A stretch of DNA of 64,000 nucleotides from an uncultured delta proteobacterium (GCA_963847445.1 CAWJZV010000025.1:32001-96000); one strand, 5' to 3'. Positions 42,291 to 54,883 are shown, counted from the first letter of the stretch. Made by a program: numbers and translations. Notes: a model not told the origin generated them from the sequence alone.

Positions 42291-43580
42291 ATGAAGGCCG
42301 ATATTATCCCGCCGGCGCCGAGCCGCATGATGCAAACCTGTTATCCCTGGGTCGTCATCGGTGTGGCGTTTCTCACCGTGGCCATGGCCTTTGGCGCGCG
42401 TAATGCTTTTGCCGTATTTCTCATCGCGGTCATCGAAGAGTTTCATTGGAGCCGCGCGCTCGCCTCGGGCGCCTTGATGTTGGGTTCGCTGGTGTGGACG
42501 GTGGTGGCGCCGGTGATCGGCAACCTGCTCGACCGCTATGGACCGCGACCGGTGATGACTGGCGGTGCGCTGGTCATGGCCGCGGGGTTGATCGTCAGCG
42601 GGCTGGCCGACACGGTGGTGGAATTTTATCTCGGCATGGGCATTCTCGTCGGTGCCGGCTTCGCCGCCCTGCCGATGACCTCGCAGGCGACCTTTCTCGC
42701 CAATTGGTTCGTGCGCAAGCGCGGCATGGCCATCGGCCTGGCAGCGTCCGGCATCGGTCTGGGCATACTCATCGTCGTGCCGCTTACTCAATGGCTAATC
42801 GCCAACTTCGGCTGGCGGCAGGCGTTTTTTATTCTCGCCGGCTTATTGATTTGCCTGGTGGCACCGGCGAATTTTTTCTTGCAGCGCCAGCGGCCGGAAC
42901 AAATGGGACTGAAACCGGACTTCGGCGCCTATGAGGGGCCGGTGCCCACCGGCCATGGCCATGGCGGCAACGCCGGCGCTCAGGGGATCACGCTCAAGCA
43001 GGCGCTGCGCACGACGCGCTTTTGGTCCTTTGCCGCCGGCGTGCTGTTCGGCGCGATTCCGCTGCATATGGTGTTGATTCACCAGGTGGCGGCGGTCAAC
43101 GACGCCGGCTATTCCAAGGAGGTTGCCGCTTTGGCCCTAGGCTTGATCGGTTTGTTCACAGCGCCCAGTATGATTCTCATGGGGTTGCTTGCCGATCGCA
43201 TCGGCCGTCCGCGCTGTTACGCTCTCGGCTCGGCGTCGCTGATGCTTGGCACCGCATTCTTGATGATTATCGGTTTCTCACAGCAGGACTGGCTGCTTTA
43301 CGCTTTCCCGCCATTGATCGCCTTCGGTTTTTCGTCGCGCCAGTCGCTCTATCCGACCATCGCGGCGGATTTATTTCACGGCAAGTCCTTTGGCGCGATC
43401 ATCGGCGCCATTGCGCTGTTCATCGGCGCCGGCGCCGGCATCGGCCCCTGGCTCGGCGGCGCGGTGTATGACTGGACCGGCAGCTATCTAGGGGCATTTT
43501 GGCTCGCCCAGATCCTGTCATTTCTCTCGGTCTGCTTCATCGGCTGGGCGGCACGGGCGGCGACCCCGGCAAAAATTTAG
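42291..43580 (+). CDS. MFS transporter
   Basis: GNLLDRYG, NWFVRKRGMA, GLLADRIG; start at 42291 or 42328. Confidence 0.85.
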   Translation: MKADIIPPAPSRMMQTCYPWVVIGVAFLTVAMAFGARNAFAVFLIAVIEEFHWSRALASGALMLGSLVWTVVAPVIGNLLDRYGPRPVMTGGALVMAAGLIVSGLADTVVEFYLGMGILVGAGFAALPMTSQATFLANWFVRKRGMAIGLAASGIGLGILIVVPLTQWLIANFGWRQAFFILAGLLICLVAPANFFLQRQRPEQMGLKPDFGAYEGPVPTGHGHGGNAGAQGITLKQALRTTRFWSFAAGVLFGAIPLHMVLIHQVAAVNDAGYSKEVAALALGLIGLFTAPSMILMGLLADRIGRPRCYALGSASLMLGTAFLMIIGFSQQDWLLYAFPPLIAFGFSSRQSLYPTIAADLFHGKSFGAIIGAIALFIGAGAGIGPWLGGAVYDWTGSYLGAFWLAQILSFLSVCFIGWAARAATPAKI

Positions 43581-43706
43581 ATAATCGGCATCGACGCCCG
43601 CCGGTGTTTAAGCCCTATACAACGGCAATCTCTGGGGATTTGCTGGTTTGGAATTCAAAATTGACTATGTTACCTTTCAGCGAGTTTGGCAGCGGGGATC
43701 TTGACC

Positions 43707-45014
43707 ATGTACATACGAGCGAAATATGTCGGGTTATGGCTGTTGGCGCTAGTCGTCATGCCGCATAGCCTGTCAGCGGCCGTGATCGAGCAGCTGATCG
43801 CTGTGATTGATGGCGAGCCTTATACGCTCACCAATGTCAGCACCTTCGCGAAAAGTCGCCTGGCGAAATCCTTCCCGACGGGAAATTTGCAGCAGATCAA
43901 TACCGCCGACCGCGAGGTCTTGGAGCAGTTCATCACGGACAAGCTCATGGAAGCGGAAGTGCGCGAAGCCGGAATTCGGATCACCGACGACGATGTCAGT
44001 CGCTATATCGAACAGGTCAAGAAAAACAATCGCCTTTCCGATGAGGATTTCAAGGCTTCCCTATCCCGCGAGGGGTTTAACCTGGCGAGCTACATGATCT
44101 CAGTCAAGACTGAGATGGAAAAAGCCGAGGTCATCGACCGCCAAGTCAAGCGCAAGGTCAACATCACCGACGAAGACGTCGAGCGCTATTACAAACTTAA
44201 CGCAAAAAACTACCGCGCCAATGAACGGGCCCGCATCCGGCATATTTTGTTGTCCTTGCCGGAAAAAGCTCCCGCCGACCAAGTCAATGCCGTGTCTGCC
44301 AAGGCTCGGGAGTTGTACAAAAGAATTGTCGCAGGGGAAGACTTCGCCGCCGTGGCGCGGGAGTCTTCCGAGGGCGCCGGGCGGGCCGATGGCGGCGACA
44401 TCGGCTGGGTGAACAAAGGTACGTTGATCGCCGGGCTCGAAGAAGTTGCCTTTGAAAAGCTCAGTCCAGGTAAAGTAAGCGAGCCGTTCCGCACCAGCAT
44501 GGGAATACATATCGTCAAACTGGAAGCGCGCGAAGCCGGTAGTGTCCTGCCGCTCAGTACGGTAGCGCCGAAAATCAAGCAAGAGCTGCTCACCAAAGCC
44601 ATGGAAGAGCGTTTCGCTAAATGGCTCAAGTCCGATTTGCGCCGCAAACATCGCGTCGATGTCAAGCTCGCCGGGGTGACGTTCAAACCGGAAGAATCGA
44701 AAGAAGAAACCGTCAATGCGTTGATGGCGCGTTCGAACCGGCCGGCGCGCCGCGAGCCGCGCTCGGCATTGAGCTATTTGAATCCGATGTCCTACATCGT
44801 CAACGAGACGCCATTCGAGGACGAAGATCCCAAGAGCCCGTTGTCGAACAAAAGCGTCGTTAGTATCTTCGGTATGCCGCTATTCGTCACCGACAAGGCC
44901 GACGATTCGCCGGATATTTTCGCGCCGCCGCCTGAAGAAAAGGCCGGGCAGTCGAAGGGAATTTTCTCGTCGATCGTCGATTCGCTCAATCCGTTCTCGT
45001 CAAAAAAGCCCTAA
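43707..45014 (+). CDS. surA: SurA-like peptidyl-prolyl isomerase/chaperone
   Basis: SurA N-domain, parvulin motifs RIRHIL, GGDIGW, GIHIVKL; upstream of pdxA. Confidence 0.8.
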   Translation: MYIRAKYVGLWLLALVVMPHSLSAAVIEQLIAVIDGEPYTLTNVSTFAKSRLAKSFPTGNLQQINTADREVLEQFITDKLMEAEVREAGIRITDDDVSRYIEQVKKNNRLSDEDFKASLSREGFNLASYMISVKTEMEKAEVIDRQVKRKVNITDEDVERYYKLNAKNYRANERARIRHILLSLPEKAPADQVNAVSAKARELYKRIVAGEDFAAVARESSEGAGRADGGDIGWVNKGTLIAGLEEVAFEKLSPGKVSEPFRTSMGIHIVKLEAREAGSVLPLSTVAPKIKQELLTKAMEERFAKWLKSDLRRKHRVDVKLAGVTFKPEESKEETVNALMARSNRPARREPRSALSYLNPMSYIVNETPFEDEDPKSPLSNKSVVSIFGMPLFVTDKADDSPDIFAPPPEEKAGQSKGIFSSIVDSLNPFSSKKP

Positions 45015-45081
45015 TCTCTTGCCTGACCGTTCGTAAGTGGAGATAATCGAGCAACTATCTCTCGCGACGTTGCACCACTGC

Positions 45082-46106
45082 ATGCCCTACTAAACCGATT
45101 ATCGCCGTTACCATGGGCGATCCGTCAGGGATCGGCCCGGAAATCATTCTCAAGGCGCTCGCCGACCCAATGATCAAGAGAGTCGCCCGGCCGCTGATCT
45201 TGGGCGACTGGGGCGTGTTGCAGCGAACCCGTGTGCGCCGCAAACGGCCGAAATTGATCTGCTGGCAGCCTGGCCAGCGGCTGTTGCCGATGCTTGACGA
45301 TCCCAAGGCATTCACGGTCTGTTCGCTATCGGCGCTTAGCGCCAGAGATTCGCGCCCCGGTGTCGCGGCCAAAATCGCCGGACACGGCACCTTCAGCTAC
45401 ATTCGGGTGGCGGCCAAGCTCGCACTCTCGAAAGTCGCCGATGCCATTGCCACCGCGCCGCTGAGCAAAAACATCCTCATCGATGCCGGATATGATTACC
45501 CTGGCCACACCGAACTGTTCGCCGAGCTCGGCGGCACGCCCGAATGCCGCATGATGCTGATCGGCGCTAAGCTGCGGGTGGTGCCGGTGACCGGCCATAT
45601 TCCGTTCGCTAAGGTGGCGCGCAGTTTGAACCAGGAAAATCTGCTAAAGACTTTTGCTTTGACGCATACAAGCTTGAAAAAATCCTTCGGCATCGCCCAG
45701 CCGCGCATCGCGGTGGCGGCGCTCAATCCCCACGGCGGTGAAAAAGGCAACTTCGGCGCCGAGGAGATTGACATCATCGCGCCGGCGGTCAAGGCGGCGC
45801 GCCAGCGCGGGATTCCCGTGCATGGACCGTTTCCCGGCGGATAGTTTGTTTCATCATGCGGCGCGCGGCGATTACGATGCGGTGGTGTGCATGTATCACG
45901 ATCAAGGTTTGATCCCGCTCAAACTGCACCATTTCTACGGTGGCGTGGCACTGACTCTGGGACCGCCATTCATCCGCACCTCGGTGGACCATGGCACCGC
46001 CTACGATATCGCCGGCAAGGACAAAGCCGATGAAACCAGCATGAAAGAAGCGATTCTCCTGGCAGTGCGGCTCGCGCGGCAAAACCATCGGCCGAAAAAA
46101 ATATGA
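45082..46106 (+). CDS. pdxA: 4-hydroxythreonine-4-phosphate dehydrogenase (frameshifts near 45087 and 45836)
   Basis: [36 protein letters not shown]. Confidence 0.9.
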
Positions 46107-47458
46107 ATCCGGCGGTGTTTCGCGAGTACGACATTCGCGGTCTAGCGGAAATCGATTTCGACAAAGAGTTCGCCCTGCTGCTCGGCAAGGTGCATGGCAC
46201 CATGATCGCCGAAACAGGCGGCACGCGAGCCACTGTGGGGCGGGACTGCCGGGCGACCTCCGATGCTTACGCCGACGCTGTGATCGCTGGCCTGGCGTCG
46301 GCTGGCCTGCAGGTTTACGATCTTGGTGTTTGCCCGTCGCCGTTGCTCTATTTTTCTCTATTTCACCTGGATGTCGATGGCGGTATTGAGATCACCGCCA
46401 GCCACAACCCGTCGCCGTACAATGGCTTCAAAATTTGCCTGGGCAAAGACACGCTCTATGGCGAGCGGATTCAAGAGATCCGCCAGAAGATGGAGCGCGG
46501 CGAATTTCGCGAGCGGCCGGGCGGCCATGTGGAACGTTATGAAATCCTGCCGCCCTATCACCAACATCTATTGACTGACGTGCCGAAGCTGGCGCGCCCG
46601 TTAAAAATTGTCGTCGATGCCGGCAGTGGCGTCGGCGGACCGGTGGCGCCACCGATTTTTCGCCAATTGGGTTGCCAGGTGTGGGAGATCGGCTGCGCGC
46701 CGGATGGTAATTTCCCGTTGCACCATCCTGATCCGACGGTGCCGGAAAATCTGGCCATGCTGATTGCCAAAGTCAGAAAAGAGAAAGCCGATCTCGGCGT
46801 CGCCTACGACGGCGACGCCGACCGCATCGGCGCCGTCGATGAGCAGGGCAATATTCTCTGGGGCGACGAGTTACTGATCTTGTTCGCCCGGGACATGCTC
46901 AAGCGCAATCCCGGAGCGGTGGTGATCTCGGAGGTGAAATGTTCGCAACGGCTGTTTGACGACATCGCCAAACATGGCGGCCAGCCGATCATGTGGAAGG
47001 CCGGCCATTCCTTGCTCAAGGCGAAGATGAAAGAGACCGGCGCGCTGTTGGCCGGCGAGATGACCGGCCATATGTTTTTCAAAGATCGCTACTTCGGCTA
47101 TGACGACGCCGTCTATGCCTCGGTCCGTCTATTAGAGATACTCGCCGATTCCGGCAAGCCGCTGTCGACGCTGCTCGCCGATCTGCCGAACAGCGTGTCG
47201 ACGCCGGAGCTGCGCGTCGATTGCCCCGATGACAGAAAGTTTATCATCGCCGACAAGGCCGCAGAATATTTTCGCCGGCACTATGATGTCGTCGATATCG
47301 ATGGCGTGCGCGTGCAATTCGCGGAAGGCTGGGGGTTGGTGCGAGCTTCCAATACCCAGCCGGCATTGGTGCTCCGTTTCGAAGCGCAGTCCGCCGCCAA
47401 GCTCAACGAATATCGCGCCCTGATCGAAGGCAAACTGCGAGAATTCGCGCTGCAGTAA
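46103..47458 (+). CDS. Phosphomannomutase/phosphoglucomutase (AlgC-like)
   Basis: [27 protein letters not shown]. Confidence 0.92.
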   Translation: MNPAVFREYDIRGLAEIDFDKEFALLLGKVHGTMIAETGGTRATVGRDCRATSDAYADAVIAGLASAGLQVYDLGVCPSPLLYFSLFHLDVDGGIEITASHNPSPYNGFKICLGKDTLYGERIQEIRQKMERGEFRERPGGHVERYEILPPYHQHLLTDVPKLARPLKIVVDAGSGVGGPVAPPIFRQLGCQVWEIGCAPDGNFPLHHPDPTVPENLAMLIAKVRKEKADLGVAYDGDADRIGAVDEQGNILWGDELLILFARDMLKRNPGAVVISEVKCSQRLFDDIAKHGGQPIMWKAGHSLLKAKMKETGALLAGEMTGHMFFKDRYFGYDDAVYASVRLLEILADSGKPLSTLLADLPNSVSTPELRVDCPDDRKFIIADKAAEYFRRHYDVVDIDGVRVQFAEGWGLVRASNTQPALVLRFEAQSAAKLNEYRALIEGKLREFALQ

Positions 47459-47466
47459 TTTTCACG

Positions 47467-50018
47467 ATGGCGGGCCAAATCGTCATCCAGGGCGCGCGCG
47501 TCCACAATCTCAAGAATATCGACCTGGAGATTCCGCGCGACCAGCTGGTCGTCATCACCGGGGTGTCCGGCTCCGGTAAGTCCTCGCTGGCCTTCGATAC
47601 GCTCTTCGCCGAAGGACAACGGCGCTATCTCGAATCCCTCGGCGCCGACACGCGCCAGTTCCTCAGGCAAATGGCCAAGCCCGATGTCGATCGTATCGAC
47701 GGGCTGTCACCGGCCATCGCGATTCAGCAAAAAGCCGCCGCGTACAATCCACGCTCCACCGTCGGCACGCTCAGCGATATTTATGATTTTCTTGCGCCTC
47801 TTGTTCGCGCGGGTTGGCCAGCCGTTGTGCGTCACCTGCGGCCGGGAAATCGACGCGCAAACTATCGAGCAAATCGGCGATCGCATCATGGCGCTGCCGA
47901 CAGGATCGCGACTGCTGATCTTGGCGCCAGTTCAATTCTCGCCCGGCGGTGCCGGCAAGAGCTTAGCAGAACTCGCGCGCCAGGGTTTTAGCCGCGTCAT
48001 GTTCGACGGAGATAGCTTCGAGCTGGGCGGCGAGATTCCTGATGCTCTACAGAACGCGAGTCAACTCGATCTCGTGGTCGACCGGCTGGTGCTGCGTGAC
48101 GGCATTGAAAAGCGCTTGGCCGATTCTCTGGAAGTTGCCGCGCGAGCAGGACAGCAGACGATCAAGGTCGAAATTCTTGGCGCGGGTGCAGCTGCGCCGG
48201 TGCCATTACTTTTCAGTCAGAATTTCACTTGCGTCGACTGTGGTACGGCGCTGGGCGAAATGACCCCGAGTCTGTTCTCCTTCAACAGTCCGGAGGGGGC
48301 GTGCCCGGCGTGCAACGGTACTGGCATTGAGATCACACGCGCCAAGCGCGTCGCCGACGAGACAGATGCCACGCCATGTTCAGATTGTCTCGGCACCCGC
48401 TTGCGCAAAGCGAGCTTGGCGGTGCGCATCGCCGGCGAAAGTATCGCCGCATTTGCCGCCGCGTCAATTAGTGAGAATCTGTCATTTCTCGATGGTCTCG
48501 AACTCGCGCCAGAACGCAAGGTGGTCGGGCAAAGAATTATCGCCGAGATCGCCAGCCGGCTACGCTGCTTGCGCGAATTGGGGCTCGACTACTTGAGTCT
48601 CGATCGGCCGACGACGACGTTATCTGGCGGCGAGCTGCAGCGGGTGCGGCTGGCGACCCAGATCGGTTCGAGCCTGGCGGGGGTGCTTTATATTCTCGAC
48701 GAGCCGAGCATCGGCCTGCATCAGCAAGACAATGAGCGGCTGATTCGCTTGCTGCGCCAGCTGCGCGATGGCGGCAACTCGGTGATCGTCGTCGAGCATG
48801 ATCCCGAGACCATTGGCGCCGCCGATTACGTCATCGATATGGGTCCCGGCGCCGGCGTTAACGGCGGCGAAGTGGTGGCGCATGGTACGCCCGCCGAATT
48901 ACAAAAAGATCACCGCTCGCTCACCGGAAAGTATCTCTCGCGCGAGTTGGAGATTCTCCGGCCGCCGCGGCGGCGCGGCGGCAGCGGGAGATTTTTTACA
49001 GATTAACGGCGTTCGCCAACGCAACTTGAAGAACCTCACAGTGGCTTTCCCGATTGGCGCGATCAGTTGTGTTACCGGCGTTTCTGGCGCGGGCAAGACT
49101 ACCTTGGTGATGGAAGTTCTTCATGGCGGGGTCAGCCAACGGTTGCAGAAAGGGCGCGGCAAGAGCGTCGAGTCGCAGCAAATATCCGGCTGGGAAAGTT
49201 TCGACCGGGTGATCGCCATCGATCAATCATCGATCGGCCGCACGGCGCGCTCAAACCCGGCGACATTCATGGGACTGCACGATCATTTGCGCGAGCTGTT
49301 CGCGCAAGTTCCCGAAGCGCGGGTGCGCGGCTTCAAGGCCGAACGGTTTTCCTTCAACGCCAAGGGCGGCCGCTGCGAAGCTTGCCAGGGCGACGGTATC
49401 ACCCGGGTCGAGATGTATTTTCTCCCCGAGATGTTTGTCACCTGCGAGTCCTGTAAAGGGCGGCGCTACAACCGCGAGACGTTGGATGTCAAATACAAAG
49501 GTCTAAGCATCGCCGATGTCTTGGACCTCACGGTCAACCAAGCGGCGGAACTGCTGAGCGCCGTGCCGCCGATTCATGACCGGTTACGCATGTTGCGTGA
49601 AGTTGGTTTGGGCTATTTGACCCTCGGCCAATCTGCCGTGACCCTCTCCGGCGGCGAAGCGCAACGGCTCAAGCTGGCGCGCGAATTGGCGCGTCGCTCG
49701 ACCGGGCGCTCGCTCTATCTTCTTGACGAACCGACCACCGGACTCCATTTCGATGACATCAAGCAACTTCTCGAACTGCTCAATCGTCTAACCGATCTCG
49801 GCAACACCATGATTATTGTCGAGCATAATCTCGAAGTGATTAAGTGTGCTGACTTTGTCTTGGATCTCGGTCCTGGCGGGGGAACGACCGGAGGAAATAT
49901 CGTCGCCAAAGGTACGCCAGAGGATATTGCCGCGGAGCCGGCGTCGGCGACGGGACGTTATCTGCGGTCACGTGCTTGCTTCCTGAAGTCAATAAGCCCC
50001 AATAATTCGATAACTTAG
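47467..50018 (+). CDS. uvrA: Excinuclease ABC subunit A, short variant (frameshifts near 47790 and 48985)
   Basis: [23 protein letters not shown] twice, GVSGAGKT, Zn-binding modules, spread over three ORFs. Confidence 0.88.
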
Positions 50019-50032
50019 TTAAGAGTCTCAGG

Positions 50033-50090
50033 CTATTGACTCAAATCCCAGTCTTGGTTACCTTGATATCAGACTAATAAGGTCTGTAAT
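50033..50090 (+). promoter_or_regulatory. Promoter region with two IscR/Rrf2-like operators
   Basis: TTGACTcaaatcccAGTCTT and CAGACTaataAGGTCTG resemble GACT..AGTC IscR type-1 sites; the first overlaps a TTGACT -35. Confidence 0.5.
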
Positions 50091-50109
50091 TTCAAAAAGA
50101 GCGGTCTCC

Positions 50110-51324
50110 ATGGCTCTACAAACGCCCATATATCTCGATAATCACGCCACCACGCCGGTGGACCCACGGGTCTTGGCGGCGATGTTGCCGTATTTTACCG
50201 AGCGTTTTGGCAATGCGGCGAGCAAGAGCCATGCTTTCGGTTGGGAAGCTGACAACGCGGTCGATACCGCGCGGGCACAGGTGGCAAAGTTAATCGGCGC
50301 GGCTTCGCCGCGTGAGATTGTCTTCACCAGCGGCGCCACCGAGTCGGATAATCTGGCGATCAAGGGTGTTGCCGATGCCTATCGCGACAAAGGCAACCAT
50401 ATCGTCACCTGCGTCACCGAACACAAGGCGGTGTTGGATAGCTGTAAGGTCTTGGCCAAGCATGGTTTCGAGATAACCTATCTGCCGGTTGGGTCGGATG
50501 GGCTTATCGACCTGCAGCGCTTGCGCGCGGCCATCACGGACAAGACGATTTTGCTCTCGATCATGGCGGCGAACAACGAGATCGGCACGATCCAGCCGGT
50601 CAAAGAGATCGGCCGCTTGGCCAAAGAAAAAAATATCTTGTTTCATAGCGACGCGACTCAAGGCGTCGGCAAGTTTCCGATCGCCGTCGACGCCATGGGC
50701 ATCGATCTGTTGTCACTGACGGCGCACAAGATGTACGGCCCCAAAGGCATCGGCGCGCTTTACGTGCGCTCGGCCAAACCGCGGGTGAAATTGAACTCGC
50801 TCATCGACGGCGGCGGCCATGAGCGCGGCATGCGCTCGGGAACTCTCAATGTTCCAGGCATCGTCGGACTCGGCCAAGCCTGCGAGCTGTCGCAAATAGA
50901 AATGAGCGCGGAAGCCGAGCGCTTGATCGCGCTGCGCGAGCGCTTGAAGGACGGAATTCTCAAACAGCTCGACGATGTGCAGATCAACGGCCATGCCGTC
51001 GAGCGTTTGCCCGGCAACCTGAACTTGAGTTTTGCTTACATCGAGGGCGAATCGCTTTTGATGGGGCTAAAGGATATCGCCGTGTCCACCGGTTCCGCCT
51101 GTACTTCGGCGAGCCTGGAACCGTCCTATGTGCTGAAAGCGATCGGCCTTGCCGATGAACTGGCCTACAGCGCGATTCGTTTCGGCTTGGGCCGCTTTAC
51201 CAACGAAGAAGAGATCGACTACACCGTCAAACGGGTGGTCGAAGAGGTGGCTCGACTGCGGCTGATATCGCCGCTGTACAAAGCTAAGAAAGGCCAGCAG
51301 CAGTTGGCCAACGCCAAGCAATAG
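50110..51324 (+). CDS. iscS: Cysteine desulfurase IscS
   Basis: [41 protein letters not shown]. Confidence 0.93.
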   Translation: MALQTPIYLDNHATTPVDPRVLAAMLPYFTERFGNAASKSHAFGWEADNAVDTARAQVAKLIGAASPREIVFTSGATESDNLAIKGVADAYRDKGNHIVTCVTEHKAVLDSCKVLAKHGFEITYLPVGSDGLIDLQRLRAAITDKTILLSIMAANNEIGTIQPVKEIGRLAKEKNILFHSDATQGVGKFPIAVDAMGIDLLSLTAHKMYGPKGIGALYVRSAKPRVKLNSLIDGGGHERGMRSGTLNVPGIVGLGQACELSQIEMSAEAERLIALRERLKDGILKQLDDVQINGHAVERLPGNLNLSFAYIEGESLLMGLKDIAVSTGSACTSASLEPSYVLKAIGLADELAYSAIRFGLGRFTNEEEIDYTVKRVVEEVARLRLISPLYKAKKGQQQLANAKQ

Positions 51325-51368
51325 AGGGCTTTTTTTAAGCCCTTGGTGTTTTTGACAGGAGAAAAATC

Positions 51369-51698
51369 ATGGCGATGGGCGTAAGTGTAACCGAGAGGGC
51401 AGCTGCAAGAATCAAGGAGTTGGCGGCCGCCGAGAACCACGACGGCCAGTGGCTCCGAGTTAAAGTCGTTGGCGGCGGTTGCTCGGGTCTGCAATACAAA
51501 GTCGACTTCGATAGGCCCAAGGGCACCGATAAGATTTTCGAGAAAGACGGCGCCAAGGTTTTGGTCGATATGAAGAGCTTGCTGTATTTGACCGGCACGG
51601 AACTCGACTACAAGGACGAGCTAATGCAGTCGGGTTTCGTCTTCCAAAATCCCAACGTCAAAAAGGCTTGCGGTTGCGGCGCGTCGTTCGCCGTTTGA
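51369..51698 (+). CDS. iscA: A-type Fe-S carrier (IscA/ErpA/HesB)
   Basis: GGCSG, CGCGASF. Confidence 0.88.
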   Translation: MAMGVSVTERAAARIKELAAAENHDGQWLRVKVVGGGCSGLQYKVDFDRPKGTDKIFEKDGAKVLVDMKSLLYLTGTELDYKDELMQSGFVFQNPNVKKACGCGASFAV

Positions 51699-51723
51699 AA
51701 GAAAAAATAAAGGATCAACATTT

Positions 51724-53179
51724 ATGGCGTCCACTACTGTCGAAGATCTTGCCCAACGCGAATACAAGTACGGCTTTGTCTCGGACATCGAAGCCGATAC
51801 CATGGCGCCGGGCTTGAATGAGGACGTGGTTCGGTTGATTTCGGCAAAGAAAAACGAACCGGAGTTCATGCTCGAATGGCGTCTGAAAGCGTATCGCTAT
51901 TGGACCAAGTTGGAGCAGGCCGACGCCGAACCAAAATGGGCGAAGATTCACTATCCGGCGATCGACTATCAAGCGGTCCGCTACTATTCGGCGCCCAAGT
52001 CACAGAACGATGGTCCCAAGAGCCTGGAAGAGGTCGACCCCGACCTGCTCGAGACCTACGCGAAACTCGGTATTCCGCTCAAGGAGCAAGAGCGGCTCGC
52101 GGGCGTCGCCGTCGATGCCGTGTTCGATAGTGTTTCGGTGGCGACGACTTTTAAGGGCAAGCTCGCCGAGATGGGCGTGATTTTTTGCTCGTTTTCCGAG
52201 GCGGTGCACAATCACCCCGAGCTGATTCAAAAATATTTGGGTTCGGTGGTGCCCTACAGCGATAATTTCTTCGCCGCGCTCAACTCGGCGGTCTTCAGCG
52301 ACGGCTCGTTCTGTTACATTCCCAAGGGCGTGCAAGTGCCCGATGGAGCTATCGACTTATTTTCGCATCAATGCGGCGGACACCGGCCAGTTCGAGCGCA
52401 CGCTGATCGTCGCCGACGAAGGCGCGACCGTGAGTTATCTCGAAGGCTGCACTGCGCCGATGCGCGATAAAAATCAGCTGCACGCCGCGGTGGTCGAGTT
52501 GGTCGCGCACAAGGATGCGCGGATCAAATATTCGACGGTGCAAAATTGGTATCCGGGCGATAAAGAAGGCAAGGGCGGCATCTATAATTTTGTCACCAAG
52601 CGCGGCAAGTGTTTGGGCGAGCGTTCAAAAATATCCTGGACCCAGGTGGAAACGGGGTCGGCGATTACTTGGAAATATCCGAGCTGCATCTTGCAGGGGG
52701 ACGATTCGGTCGGCGAATTTTATTCGGTGGCGCTGACCAATAATTATCAGCAAGCCGACACCGGCACCAAGATGATCCATATCGGCAAGAACACCAAAAG
52801 CACGATTATCTCCAAGGGGATTTCCGCCGGCCATGGCCAGAACACCTATCGCGGCCTGGTGAAGATCATGAAAGGCGCCAGCGGCGCGCGCAACTATTCA
52901 CAGTGCGATTCGTTATTGTTGGGTGATCAGTGCGGCGCCCACACGTTTCCTTATCTTGAAGTGTTGAACAACGCGTCCCAGGTCGAGCATGAGGCGTCGA
53001 CGTCGAAGATCGGCGAGGATCAGCTGTTCTATTGCCGCCAGCGCGGCATCTCGAATGAGGACGCGGTGAACCTGATCGTCAACGGTTTCTGCAAGCAAGT
53101 ATTCAAAGAACTGCCGATGGAGTTCGCCGTCGAGGCGCAGAAATTGTTGGGCGTGAGTCTTGAGGGCAGTGTGGGTTAG
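51724..53179 (+). CDS. sufB: Fe-S assembly scaffold SufB (frameshift near 52333)
   Basis: [35 protein letters not shown]. Confidence 0.93.
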
Positions 53180-53203
53180 TTGCCCAACGCTTGCGTGAAG
53201 CCT

Positions 53204-54409
53204 ATGGATGTTTACTTCGATAACAATGCCACCACTCGGGTGCTGCCGGAAGTCGCCGCGGCGATGCTGCCGTACTACACCGAGTTTTACGGCAATCCGT
53301 CGAGTATCCACCGCTTTGGCAGCGATGTCGGTCAGAAGATCGCCCAGGCCCGTGCCCAAGTGGCGGCTCTTCTCGGCGCCGCCGATCCGGTGGAAGTAAT
53401 CTTCACCAGTTGCGGTACCGAGGGCGATAACGCGGCGATCCGCGGCATGCTCGAAGCGCGACCGGACAAACGTCATATCGTCACGACCAAAGTCGAACAT
53501 TCCGCGGTGTTGGGCTTGTGCCAGCATCTTGAGAAAAAGGGCTATCGGGTTACCTGGCTCAGCGTCGATCAGGACGGCGCGCTCGACTTGGCCGAATTAT
53601 CCGCCGCGTTGTCCGACGATACCGCTCTAGTTTCGATCATGTGGGCGAACAATGAGACCGGGGTGATTTTTCCCATCGAAAAAATTGCCGCGCTGGTCCG
53701 TGCCCAAGGCATTCCGCTCCATGTCGACGCAGTTCAGGCGGCCGGTAAGATTCCGATTAACGTCAGCGCGCTGCCGGTCGATTTACTGACGATATCCGGC
53801 CATAAGTTTCATGCACCCAAGGGCGTCGGCGCGCTGTATGTGCGCCGCGGCATCACTTTCCCGCCGTTTATGATCGGCGGCCACCAAGAGCGCAATCGGC
53901 GCGCCGGCACGGAAAACGTTGCCGGCATCGTCGGCATGGGCCAAGCCGCCGAGATCGCCCTGGGTCGCATCGCCGCGGACAGTGAACATGCGAGAAGATT
54001 GCGCGATCGCTTGGAAGCGCTGCTGTTGGCTGCTTGTCCCGAGAGCCGGGTCAATGGCCGCAACCAAGAGCGGTTGCCGAATACCTTGAACATCAGCTTC
54101 CGTTATTTGGAAGGCGAGTCGATGCTGGTTCTACTGGACCAGCAGGGGATCTGCGCTTCCACCGGCTCGGCTTGCACGGCCGGCTCCGCTGAGCCTTCGC
54201 ATGTTTTGCGGGCGATGGACGTGCCGGCCGATTGGCTGCAGGGAGCGGTGCGCTTTAGCTTGAGCCGGTTCAATAGCGAAGCGGAAGTTAATTATGTGAA
54301 CGAAAAGGTGCCGGCGATCGTCCAACGCTTACAAGGGCTTTCGGCCCTCGGGCGGTTGGGCAGCCAACGCCGGCCGCCGGACGAACGCAGCGTTGCTGGC
54401 GCGCGTTAA
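53204..54409 (+). CDS. nifS: NifS-type cysteine desulfurase
   Basis: YFDNNATT, SCGTE, GHKFHAPKG, GGHQE, STGSACT. Confidence 0.85.
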   Translation: MDVYFDNNATTRVLPEVAAAMLPYYTEFYGNPSSIHRFGSDVGQKIAQARAQVAALLGAADPVEVIFTSCGTEGDNAAIRGMLEARPDKRHIVTTKVEHSAVLGLCQHLEKKGYRVTWLSVDQDGALDLAELSAALSDDTALVSIMWANNETGVIFPIEKIAALVRAQGIPLHVDAVQAAGKIPINVSALPVDLLTISGHKFHAPKGVGALYVRRGITFPPFMIGGHQERNRRAGTENVAGIVGMGQAAEIALGRIAADSEHARRLRDRLEALLLAACPESRVNGRNQERLPNTLNISFRYLEGESMLVLLDQQGICASTGSACTAGSAEPSHVLRAMDVPADWLQGAVRFSLSRFNSEAEVNYVNEKVPAIVQRLQGLSALGRLGSQRRPPDERSVAGAR

Positions 54410-54427
54410 CAGTGAGGGAAAAACATT

Positions 54428-54883
54428 ATGGGGCTCATGCAAATTCCGCGGCGGGTCGATTACGGACTACGCGCGGTGATTTACTTGTCGGGCCAAGACC
54501 GCGAAAAATGTTGCTCCATTGCCGAGATCGCCAAACAGCAGGGCATGCCGCGCAAGTTTTTGGAAAAGATCATTCAGGACCTGATTCGCGGTGGTTTGAT
54601 CAAATCGAAGCGCGGCTCCTGCGGCGGCTATGCGCTGGCGCGGGCGCCGGAGGAGATTTCTTTTAACGACGTCATCGAGGCGATCGACGGACCGATCGCC
54701 GTCAACGCGTGCCTCGACGAACACTTGGGCTGCGATCAAATGCCCCGCTGTACGATGATCGGCGTGTGGAGCGAAGTGCAGCAGAAGATTAACGCAGTGC
54801 TCAGCGGGACGACGATTGCGGGCTTGCGACGTTCACCCTGCCGGGAATTTATTGGCTCCTCTTCTCTTTCGAGTGCGGCGTAG
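54428..54883 (+). CDS. Rrf2-family regulator (IscR-like, three Cys)
   Basis: DYGLR, FLEKI, SKRG..GGY.LA, C-X6-C-X5-C. Confidence 0.88.
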   Translation: MGLMQIPRRVDYGLRAVIYLSGQDREKCCSIAEIAKQQGMPRKFLEKIIQDLIRGGLIKSKRGSCGGYALARAPEEISFNDVIEAIDGPIAVNACLDEHLGCDQMPRCTMIGVWSEVQQKINAVLSGTTIAGLRRSPCREFIGSSSLSSAA

